Source of the DNA: Armatimonadota bacterium
Lineage (GTDB): Bacteria; Armatimonadota; HRBIN16
Direction of reading: 5' to 3'
Length of the DNA: 64,000 nt
Assembly: GCA_049969495.1 (NCBI GenBank)
Contig: JBMFOT010000007.1
Location: 1,689-65,688 of the forward strand
Shown here: in pieces, positions 9,993-18,001 of the stretch
Layout: each line of letters starts with the position of its first letter
Position numbering within the stretch: the stretch's first letter is position 1
The notes under the pieces: model-generated
Databases searched by the model: none
Told to the model about the DNA's origin: nothing
What the model saw: only the letters and a program-made list of their open reading frames with translations
Position numbers and translations under genes: made by a program

Positions 9993-10661
9993 CTACTCCT
10001 CTTGCTCCTCTGCGAACACCTTGCGCAGCTGACGTTCGCTTTGCGCCGATACCAGCGCAATCACGCTATCGTTGGCTTCCAGCATAGTGTCGCCATGAGG
10101 CAACATAGCGTTTTCCTGTCGGATGATGCAAACAATGAGCGCGTCTGGGGGGAGGGGGAGGTCTTGAACACGCTTGCCCACCACCGGTGAGCGCGTGCTG
10201 AGTTCGATGTCCACAATCTCGATGTTGCCTCGCTTCAGCGCGGCAAGCGGGATCACTTCGCCCGCTTCGATCTCCTGCTCAATCAGGTGATAGATGACGT
10301 TTGTGCTGCTGACGGTCGCGTCGATGCCCAGTTGCTGGAAGATGCTCTCGTTGCGCGGGTCGTTAATGCGCGCCACCGTACGGGGGACGTTGAAATACCA
10401 CTTCGCAATCTGGCTGATAATCAGGTTGTCCTCGTCGTCGCCGGTACAGGCGACCACGATGTCCGCGCGGTCCGCTCCCGCCTCGCGCATGGTGCGGATT
10501 TCATCTCCTCGCCCGCGCATGACCGACTCGCCAAACTCATCGCGCAGCAGGTCACAGCGTCGCTTATCACGCTCGATCAGCAGCACCTCATGTCCGGCGT
10601 TCAGCAGCGTCTTCGCCAGATAGTAACCGACATTACCTGCACCGACTATGATAATGTACAT
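9993..10661 (-). CDS. trkA: TrkA/KtrA-family RCK protein (TrkA-N plus TrkA-C)
   Basis: IIIVGAGNVG Rossmann motif, ACTGDDEDNL, C-terminal RCK-C domain. Confidence 0.92.
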   Translation of the reverse strand: MYIIIVGAGNVGYYLAKTLLNAGHEVLLIERDKRRCDLLRDEFGESVMRGRGDEIRTMREAGADRADIVVACTGDDEDNLIISQIAKWYFNVPRTVARINDPRNESIFQQLGIDATVSSTNVIYHLIEQEIEAGEVIPLAALKRGNIEIVDIELSTRSPVVGKRVQDLPLPPDALIVCIIRQENAMLPHGDTMLEANDSVIALVSAQSERQLRKVFAEEQEE

Positions 10662-10677
10662 CGCGCAGCTACCTCAC

Positions 10678-11130
10678 TCAATCTTTCAGTTCCGGGGGAA
10701 CGACGTTGTACTCTTCTACCGAACCCAGCGGGCGGTCGTAAGCGAGGTCACGAATCATCGCCGAGCCGATAAGGCTATAACATATCGTGTAGATACCCCG
10801 CTCCCGATAGGCTTCTGCCCGAATGGGGTCGTTCACTTTGGCGATCACCTTTGGCACGCGAAACCGGTCCTTGGCGATTTGAGCCGCCATCAGGTTACGG
10901 TTGTCGCCTTCGGTGAGGGCGACGAACATATCCGCCTGTTCGATGCCCGCTTTTTTCAGAACGTCCTCGTCCAGCCCGTTCCCGGTGATGACCGCACCGG
11001 TGAACTTCCCCCCCAAACGCTCCAGCGAGTCGTTGTTCCACTCAATGAGAGTTACCCGGTGCCCTTCCGCTGCCATAATGCGTGCCAGTGCTGCACCGGT
11101 ACGCCCACACCCCAGGATGACTATTCTCAT
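10678..11130 (-). CDS. trkA: TrkA-family protein, N-terminal RCK domain only
   Basis: MRIVILGCGRTG start at 11130; ALTEGDNRNL. Confidence 0.88.
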   Translation of the reverse strand: MRIVILGCGRTGAALARIMAAEGHRVTLIEWNNDSLERLGGKFTGAVITGNGLDEDVLKKAGIEQADMFVALTEGDNRNLMAAQIAKDRFRVPKVIAKVNDPIRAEAYRERGIYTICYSLIGSAMIRDLAYDRPLGSVEEYNVVPPELKD

Positions 11131-11172
11131 CTGTAGCCTTTGCCTCTGCTTTGCGTAGTGATGCCGGACTTC

Positions 11173-11201
11173 AGTATACGCCGATGTCTGCTCATTGTCA
11201 A
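11173..11201 (-). promoter_or_regulatory. Sigma70 promoter for the trkA pair
   Basis: TTGACA-N17-TATACT on the minus strand. Confidence 0.8.
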
Positions 11202-11349
11202 CCGCCGGGGAGAACGTATCGGGTGGCAAAGGTATTTCCCTGTGCCGTCTCGAAATAACCTGTGCTTCGGGTGTTATATCTCCTCCCCGCTTTGCGTAAC
11301 TGATTCTGGAGAGAACGACTACAGGACGGAAAAAGGCAGGGATGTTCCG

Positions 11350-12456
11350 ATGAGATGGTCATGGAAATTGGGAGAATACGCAGGTATCGCGGTGTATGTA
11401 CACGCCACTTTCCTCCTGCTCGTGGGATGGATTGCTCTTCTACACTGGTTGCAGCTGGGCACGTTCCAGGCGGTGGTGAACGGGGTGGTGTTTATCCTCT
11501 TGCTGTTCGGATGTGTGTTACTGCATGAGTTCGGGCACGCGCTGGCGGCGAAGCGATACGGTATCCGCACGCGCGACATTACGCTGTTACCGATAGGCGG
11601 TGTGGCGCGTCTGGAAAGAATGCCGGACAAGCCGGTGCAGGAGCTGTGGGTCGCGCTGGCGGGTCCTGCGGTGAACGTGCTTCTTTTCGTGGCGCTGTAC
11701 TTTTTTGTGCAGGCAAAGAGCATGCTGTTTCCGATAGAGCCGGATATGGTACAGGGGTCTTTGTGGACAAGACTGATGACGGTGAACCTATTCCTGGCGG
11801 CGTTTAATCTGCTGCCAGCGTTCCCGATGGATGGTGGACGTGTGCTCCGGGCTTTACTGGCAATGCGCATGGACTACGTGCAGGCAACCAATATCGCTGC
11901 AGCATTAGGGCAGGGTATAGCTTTCCTGTTTGGCTTTCTGGGGCTGTTTCTCAACCCGTTCTTGTTGTTCATCGCGTTCTTCGTATGGATTGGCGCGGCG
12001 CAGGAAGCCAGCATGGTGCAAATCAAATCCGCGCTGGGCGGTATACCGGTGCAACGCGCGATGCTGACCGACTTTCGCACCGTCTCGCCCGATGACCCTC
12101 TGGAGCGGGTAGTGGAGCTTATCCTCAGCGGCTGGCAACAAGACTTTCCGGTCATAGAGGGCGGGCGAATCACAGGGGTGTTGACCCGCAGCGACCTGCT
12201 CAACGCGCTGGCACAGCAGGGGACGGACCGCTTCGTGCGCGAGGTGATGCAGAGGCAGTTCGAGGTGGTAGACGCCGCCGAGATGCTGGAAAATGTGCTG
12301 CCCCGCCTGCAAGCGTGCGCCTGCCACTCGATGCCGGTGGTGCGCGGCGACGAGCTGGTAGGATTGCTGACCATGGATAACGTCGGTGAGTTCCTGTTAA
12401 TCCAGTCCGCTCTGGATACTGCATCCAGAAAAGCCTCTCGTCGAGGTATCATGTAG
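11350..12456 (+). CDS. Site-2 protease (M50) with a CBS domain pair
   Basis: HEFGH zinc motif, NLLPAFPMDGGR, two C-terminal CBS repeats; start refined to MRWSWKLG. Confidence 0.93.
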   Translation: MRWSWKLGEYAGIAVYVHATFLLLVGWIALLHWLQLGTFQAVVNGVVFILLLFGCVLLHEFGHALAAKRYGIRTRDITLLPIGGVARLERMPDKPVQELWVALAGPAVNVLLFVALYFFVQAKSMLFPIEPDMVQGSLWTRLMTVNLFLAAFNLLPAFPMDGGRVLRALLAMRMDYVQATNIAAALGQGIAFLFGFLGLFLNPFLLFIAFFVWIGAAQEASMVQIKSALGGIPVQRAMLTDFRTVSPDDPLERVVELILSGWQQDFPVIEGGRITGVLTRSDLLNALAQQGTDRFVREVMQRQFEVVDAAEMLENVLPRLQACACHSMPVVRGDELVGLLTMDNVGEFLLIQSALDTASRKASRRGIM

Positions 12457-12469
12457 CCGGAGGCAGAAT

Positions 12470-13513
12470 GTGCACACGCTTCGCGATTTTCTGAGCAAAC
12501 GTTCCCGACACTTCTGGATTGCTTTAGGGCTGGTGCTGGTAGCTATCATCACCACGATAGACTACTTCACCGAACCCGACCTGCTCATCCTGTACCTCAT
12601 TCCGATTATTCTGGTAGACTGGTTCGCTGGCGAGAAGCCGGGCGTGATTCTGGCGATCACCAGCGCGATAGCGTGGTTCGCGGCGGACGTGCTCAGCACC
12701 ACCCATGACACCGCCGGCGTCGTGCCCTACTGGAACCTGGCGGTGCGCTCCGCCATCTTCCTGACCGTCACCTATATGCTTTCGGGTTTGCTGGCAACGC
12801 GCAAACGCCACGAGGAGCTGATGCATTTTATCATCCATGATCTACGCTCGCCGCTTACCAACGTGTTGACCGGCTTGCAAACCCTGCGTCAGATGCGCGA
12901 AAACAAAATGGATGAAACCGAACAAGAGCTGCTGGACATGGCACTCATTTCCAGCAACCGTATGTTGACCCTGATTAACTCCTTGCTCGACCTCCCCCGC
13001 CTAGAGCACCGTAAGATGCCGGTGCAGGTGCAGGAGGTGAGTGTGGATGAACTGGTGAACGCTTCGCTGGCGATGGTATCGCTGTGGGCGGCGCAGAACC
13101 GAGTGCGGATAGTGTACGAACCTGACCCGCAGGTCAGTACCGTCCGTGCCGACCCCGACATCACCACGCGCGTGCTGGTGAATCTGCTGAGTAACGCGCT
13201 GAAGTACAGCCCTCCCGATTCCACTGTCACCATCCGCACCCGCGCCTCAGAAGGAGCAACGGTGACCTTCAGCGTGACCGACCAGGGCCCGGGCATCCCG
13301 CCAGAGTGGGTAGACAAGGTATTTGACAAGTACGCGCAGGTGGAGGCACGCAAGGAGGGAGCCAGTACCGGACTGGGGCTCACCTTCTGCCAGCTGGCGG
13401 TGGAAGCACAGAAGGGGCGCATCTGGATCGAGAGCGAACTGGGCAAGGGCACAACGGTGCTGTTTACCCTGCCAGCGGGTAAGGCAAGGAAGGTTTCCTT
13501 GCTGGAGGCGTGA
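12470..13513 (+). CDS. Membrane sensor histidine kinase
   Basis: N-terminal TM helices, H-box HDLRSPLT, N-box NLLSNALKYS, DQGPGI and GLGL boxes. Confidence 0.93.
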   Translation: MHTLRDFLSKRSRHFWIALGLVLVAIITTIDYFTEPDLLILYLIPIILVDWFAGEKPGVILAITSAIAWFAADVLSTTHDTAGVVPYWNLAVRSAIFLTVTYMLSGLLATRKRHEELMHFIIHDLRSPLTNVLTGLQTLRQMRENKMDETEQELLDMALISSNRMLTLINSLLDLPRLEHRKMPVQVQEVSVDELVNASLAMVSLWAAQNRVRIVYEPDPQVSTVRADPDITTRVLVNLLSNALKYSPPDSTVTIRTRASEGATVTFSVTDQGPGIPPEWVDKVFDKYAQVEARKEGASTGLGLTFCQLAVEAQKGRIWIESELGKGTTVLFTLPAGKARKVSLLEA

Positions 13514-13635
13514 CGTGCGTATCACCGTGTCCGATATAGATGCTCCTATAGGGCTTAGACGAGTCCGCGAACCGCCCCCGGTGTACGGGGATGCGCCTCG
13601 CTTCGCCCAGCACCTCGCAGGATTGGCGTGTTCTT

Positions 13636-13709
13636 TGTCATGCTGAGGGTCGGCGAATCATCTCATCCTGTCGTTAAAACGAGATTCTTCGCTTGCGCTC
13701 AGAATGACA
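13636..13709. repeat. Palindromic element family B (TGTCAT..ATGACA), copy 1
   Basis: Ends TGTCATGCTGAG / CTCAGAATGACA; internal gagattcttcgct. Confidence 0.85.
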
Positions 13710-13740
13710 AGAAAGGGGGACCTTCCTACTAAATAATCTT

Positions 13741-13797
13741 TGTAGCCGCAGGCTTTAGCCTGTGCAACAAGGGCGCACGCTGAAGGTTGCGGCTACA
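13741..13797. repeat. GTAG-type REP doublet (family C)
   Basis: Perfect 10-bp inverted ends TGTAGCCGCA / TGCGGCTACA; each unit has an internal hairpin (caggctttagcctg). Confidence 0.8.
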
Positions 13798-13798
13798 T

Positions 13799-15184
13799 TC
13801 AGGGTGACAGGCGTTGCGGAAATATCTTCTCAGGGTTGCACAAACCCTGCGGGTCAAAGGCATCATGCACCCTCTGCATCGCCTGTAGGTCGGCGTCGCT
13901 ATAGAGCAAGCGCATATAATGTGCTTTTTCCACGCCCACGCCGTGCTCGCCGGTGATGCTACCGCCCATCTGCACGCACAGTCTGACGATGGCGTCGTTC
14001 GCGGCGCGTACGCGCCTGACCTCTTCGGCGTCTCGCTCGTCAAAGAGCACTATTGGGTGTAGACTGCCGTCGCCCGCATGGAACACGTTGGCGATACGCA
14101 CGCCGTGCTCCTGCCCGATTTCCATGATGCGCCTTAGCACCTGTGGCAGTTTGCTTCGGGGAACCACTGCATCCTGCGTGACGGTGCTGGGCGCCAATCT
14201 CCCCAGCGACCCCACCGCCTTCTTTCGTGCCGTCCACAGGCGCGTGCGTTCCTCCTCGTCGCGGGCAAGGCGAATCTCTTCGGCGTGGTTTGCGTTGCAG
14301 AGGTCCACCACGCGCTGTAGCTGCCTGTCCAGCCCTGCCTCCAGCCCGTCTAACTCAATCACCAGCACCGCGTCCGCATCCTGCGGGAAGCCAAAGCGGA
14401 ACGCCGCTTCTACCGCCTGCAGGGTCGTGCGGTCGATCATCTCCATCGCCGCGGGCACAATGCCCGCGGCGATAATGTCGGAAACCGTCTGACAGGCGTC
14501 TTCCAATCGCGGGTAGACCGCCAGCAGGGTGCGCCAGCTCTGGGGCAGGGGGGTGAGCTTGGCGATAACGGTGGTGAGGATGCCCAGCGTGCCCTCGCTG
14601 CCGGTAAACACACCCACCAGGTCGTATCCCAGCGGTTCCTCGCACTTCCCGCCGAACCACACCACCTCGCCGTCGGGAAGAACCACCTCCAGCCCGGTGA
14701 TGTGGTTGACGGTTACCCCGTACTTCAACGTGTGCGGACCGCCTGCGTTCTCTGCCACATTGCCGCCGATGGTGCTGACGCCTTGACTGGATGGGTCGGG
14801 CGCGTAGTGGTAGCCGGTCGCTTTCGCCGCCTTGGTGAGGTCCAGATTGATTGCTCCTGCCTGGGCGGTAATGCGTCGGTTGGGAATATCTACTTCCAGA
14901 ATGCGCGTCATCCGACTGGTGCAGAGTATCACCCCGCCTTTGACCGCCAGCGCGCCGCCCGATAGTCCCGTTCCTGCCCCGCGTGGCACAAAGGGAACGC
15001 CCAGCCGATTGCACAGCTGCACCACCTGCTGTACCTGCGCGGTTTCGGTGGGGAAGACCACCGCCTGCGGAGTCGCTTTCTCCATCGTGTAAGCGTCGCA
15101 GTCGTATACCAGCAGGTCAAACGGGTCGTGCAGCACGGCGTTCTCGCCCACGATACGCTGCAGTTCGGAGATGAGCTCTGTCAT
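13799..15184 (-). CDS. glcD: FAD-linked oxidase, glycolate oxidase GlcD / D-lactate dehydrogenase family
   Basis: PRGAGTGLSGG, APDPSS, NAGGPHTLKYG, HAGDGSLHP, TGEHGVG motifs. Confidence 0.88.
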   Translation of the reverse strand: MTELISELQRIVGENAVLHDPFDLLVYDCDAYTMEKATPQAVVFPTETAQVQQVVQLCNRLGVPFVPRGAGTGLSGGALAVKGGVILCTSRMTRILEVDIPNRRITAQAGAINLDLTKAAKATGYHYAPDPSSQGVSTIGGNVAENAGGPHTLKYGVTVNHITGLEVVLPDGEVVWFGGKCEEPLGYDLVGVFTGSEGTLGILTTVIAKLTPLPQSWRTLLAVYPRLEDACQTVSDIIAAGIVPAAMEMIDRTTLQAVEAAFRFGFPQDADAVLVIELDGLEAGLDRQLQRVVDLCNANHAEEIRLARDEEERTRLWTARKKAVGSLGRLAPSTVTQDAVVPRSKLPQVLRRIMEIGQEHGVRIANVFHAGDGSLHPIVLFDERDAEEVRRVRAANDAIVRLCVQMGGSITGEHGVGVEKAHYMRLLYSDADLQAMQRVHDAFDPQGLCNPEKIFPQRLSP

Positions 15185-15232
15185 GGTCGTTGTTATCCTC
15201 ATTGCTCGCTTAGCCGACGCAACCATTGTACC

Positions 15233-16702
15233 CTACTCCACCCTCATCTCCGTGTTGCCGAAGCGCAGCACATCGCCTGCCTGAATCACCCTCTGCTGTA
15301 CGGGTTGACCGTTCACAAAGCTGCCGTTGCGCGAGCCTTCGTCTATCAGTACCCACTGACCGCCCTGCCTCTCCAGTCGCGCGTGGCGCCGGCTGACGGT
15401 GGGGTCAAAATCGATATGCACATCGCGCCCGACCTCTCTGCCAATGGTCAACATGTTGCCCTGCAGGGGGAAAATCGCCCCTGCTTTCACTCCGCCCAGT
15501 ATGACCAGTCGGGTAGGAACCGTTCCGACCGCAGGCTGTACTGCACTTCCGGCGGATGACGGCAAAGCGGCAGGTGACGCCCCTGGCGCCAGCGCAGACG
15601 GTGCAGACGCCCCGGGCAACACACTGCACGCACACTGTCCGGTCATCGGGTCCTTGCGCTCGCCACAGTAGGGGCACAGGTAGTCCGGCAGGGGAGGGCG
15701 CGAGGAGGGTTGTTCCATCCGCTCTATTGCCTCCCTGACCAGCGAGCGCGTGGCTTTCTCGAAAAACTGCAGGCGCACAGAGCCAATCTGGATGAGGTCG
15801 CCGTCTTTCAACCATGCCTGCTGCACGGGTTGCCCGTTCAACAGAGTGCCCCCGGGCGCCCCGAGGTCTTCCAGCAGGTGGCGGTTCTGCTGCCTGATGA
15901 TGCGGGCGTGCTGTGGGGCGATGTGCGTGTCGCCAAAGAGGGGGATATCGGCGTACTCGTCGCGCCCGATGAGGCACACAGGTTTATCCACCGGGAACTC
16001 CTTGCCCTCGTTGCGCCCCAGAATGACGCGCACCCATGCTGCCTTCAGCGCCTCCTGCACCAGCGCGATGAAGAAGCCGATACTTGCGCCCAGCACGGGG
16101 AAGCCGACCGCCCGTCCGGGGGCTCCCACTTCCACTCGTTCACCATGCGACATCGCCAGATACAACGGGCTGAATATCAGCGTGAATATCTGGAAAGCCA
16201 CGCCGCCCAGCGCACCTCCAATCGCGCCCCCTATCGTGCTATGCCACCAGCGTTTGGCAGAGCCTGTGACCGCCCCCACCGCCGCGCCGATGCCAGTGCC
16301 GAAGAACAACCACCCCAACGTGCGTGGCACGATATCGGTGAGGAACCCCAGCGGCGTTGGTTCTGCTCCTGCACCGGACGGATTACCGAGCAGCTGACTG
16401 AGTGTGCCGTAGACGAAGTTCCCCAGGAACAGCGCAATCATCGCTCCGGGCAAACCAATCAACGCAGCCACAAACCCCCGACGAATCGCCTGCGCAGGCA
16501 ATCCACGCGTCAGGCTGTCTACCATGCCCAGCGAAAAACCATAACACGTTCCCAGGATGACGGATAGCCACAAGGTTTGCCTTATCATTTCTGCGGGGTC
16601 GAAAAGTGCTTTCTGGTGGTCTATCAGCGGCTCCTGTATCAGGAAAGCCACCGCTCCTCCTGCACCACCCAGCACCAGACCCAGCAGCAACCTGCCAAGC
16701 AT
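15233..16702 (-). CDS. Polytopic membrane protein with two FHA domains
   Basis: Multiple Gly-rich TM helices, FHA1 (IGRDE..IAPQHARI), CPYC..CAC, FHA2 (IGRE..VSRRHA..GSRNGSFVNG). Confidence 0.88.
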   Translation of the reverse strand: MLGRLLLGLVLGGAGGAVAFLIQEPLIDHQKALFDPAEMIRQTLWLSVILGTCYGFSLGMVDSLTRGLPAQAIRRGFVAALIGLPGAMIALFLGNFVYGTLSQLLGNPSGAGAEPTPLGFLTDIVPRTLGWLFFGTGIGAAVGAVTGSAKRWWHSTIGGAIGGALGGVAFQIFTLIFSPLYLAMSHGERVEVGAPGRAVGFPVLGASIGFFIALVQEALKAAWVRVILGRNEGKEFPVDKPVCLIGRDEYADIPLFGDTHIAPQHARIIRQQNRHLLEDLGAPGGTLLNGQPVQQAWLKDGDLIQIGSVRLQFFEKATRSLVREAIERMEQPSSRPPLPDYLCPYCGERKDPMTGQCACSVLPGASAPSALAPGASPAALPSSAGSAVQPAVGTVPTRLVILGGVKAGAIFPLQGNMLTIGREVGRDVHIDFDPTVSRRHARLERQGGQWVLIDEGSRNGSFVNGQPVQQRVIQAGDVLRFGNTEMRVE

Positions 16703-16705
16703 CGC

Positions 16706-18001
16706 TTACACTTCCCATCGGAAGAAGGTGGCACCAATCTGTATCTCGTCGCCCGGGCGTAGGGGTTGCTCGGTAATGCGCACACCGTTTACCCAGGTGC
16801 CGTTCGAGGAGCCTTCGTCGCGAATCACCCAGCTGTCGCCCTGCTTCAGCAGGCGGGCATGTCGACGGCTGACGGTGTTATCGCGATCGAGCTGTATCGT
16901 GTTCCCCACCTCGCGCCCGATGCTCACCTCCGCGCCGGTTACCTCAAAGATACTGCCTCCGTACGCTCCGCGTGCCCCCACCAGGCGCGGTGCGGTGGCG
17001 ATTGCAGTGGAGACTGAGGTTGTGGGCGTAGCAGCTGGCGCGGCGGATGTTACCGAGCAGGCGCACGCGCCCGTGACAGGGTCTATTGGCTGACCGCAGA
17101 AGGGGCAGTGCCCTTCGGGAACCTGTACCGCCGGCTTCTGGGAAGGTTGTACCGGCGGCGGGGCAGGTGGTTCCTGCGCTACGTCAATGCCCAGTTTCTT
17201 GAGCGCATCGGGCAGGGTTAACTGCTTGCGCTTCCAGATGCGGTAGCCGCTGTAAATCAATCCCACCAGCACCAGCAGTCCGAAAAGGGTGTTCCATACG
17301 GGGAAAGCGCGAGGCGCAGGCGCGGGGGACGGCGCCGTGGGCTGGGTTTGCGAAGCGGGTTGGGGTGCTGTGGGCGCAACCTCCAGCACAGGCGCACCGC
17401 TGGAGATGACCATCGTCAGGGTGACCACCGGGTCGGCGCGTTCGGCTTTCACCTCTGCCTCCTGTGAGGCAGTCAGGTTGTTACCGTAGTTCACCAGCAC
17501 GCTCACCTTGCCCAGCTTCACCCGCTCCAGCGAGACGACGCCGTTTTGCGAGGGGTCTAGCAAGGCGGTGTGGATGGTGTTGTTCGCGTCGGTGAGCATC
17601 ACGAACGCCGCGGCGATGGGCTTATCCTCCGGTGTTTGCAACCTCACCTGCACGCGCATGGCATACTGGAACTGGTCGGGCGTGACGGTGACGCTGGTAT
17701 CGTTCGGCTTCAGGGTCACCAGGGCAAGGTTGCCGTACTTCACATCGTATACGCCCACCCGTGCGCCTTCCAGAGTCTTGTCAGCGGTATCGGCGAACCG
17801 CTTCTTGAGCGAGGCGATGTCCAGCTCCACCTTCCCGCCTGCGCTCTCGTTCGGCGGCAGGAACACCGTTTGCCCGTTTGCCGATTCCAGCCACACCAGA
17901 TACTTGCCCTCGCTGGGCACGTTCACCGTGACCTTATCGGGCAGCGCCCACGTCATCGTTGTGATAATCGCCAGACACGTCACCCACGCGATACGCCTCA
18001 T
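16706..18001 (-). CDS. Single-pass membrane protein with an extracytoplasmic domain and a C-terminal FHA domain
   Basis: Signal peptide, Pro-rich linker, TM, CPFC..CAC, IGRE..VSRRHA..SSNGTWVNG. Confidence 0.88.
   Translation of the reverse strand: MRRIAWVTCLAIITTMTWALPDKVTVNVPSEGKYLVWLESANGQTVFLPPNESAGGKVELDIASLKKRFADTADKTLEGARVGVYDVKYGNLALVTLKPNDTSVTVTPDQFQYAMRVQVRLQTPEDKPIAAAFVMLTDANNTIHTALLDPSQNGVVSLERVKLGKVSVLVNYGNNLTASQEAEVKAERADPVVTLTMVISSGAPVLEVAPTAPQPASQTQPTAPSPAPAPRAFPVWNTLFGLLVLVGLIYSGYRIWKRKQLTLPDALKKLGIDVAQEPPAPPPVQPSQKPAVQVPEGHCPFCGQPIDPVTGACACSVTSAAPAATPTTSVSTAIATAPRLVGARGAYGGSIFEVTGAEVSIGREVGNTIQLDRDNTVSRRHARLLKQGDSWVIRDEGSSNGTWVNGVRITEQPLRPGDEIQIGATFFRWEV

Noticed and set aside
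11172-11179. Shared CAGTATAC/AGTATAC motif at 11172, 28780 and 56641 as a common regulon
   Set aside because: At 11173 and 56641 it is simply the reverse complement of a TATACT -10 box with a correctly spaced -35; only 28780 has a full palindrome.
13514-13635. Short coding remnant after the histidine kinase
   Set aside because: No start or RBS and no recognisable motif; the apparent ORF runs into a repeat.
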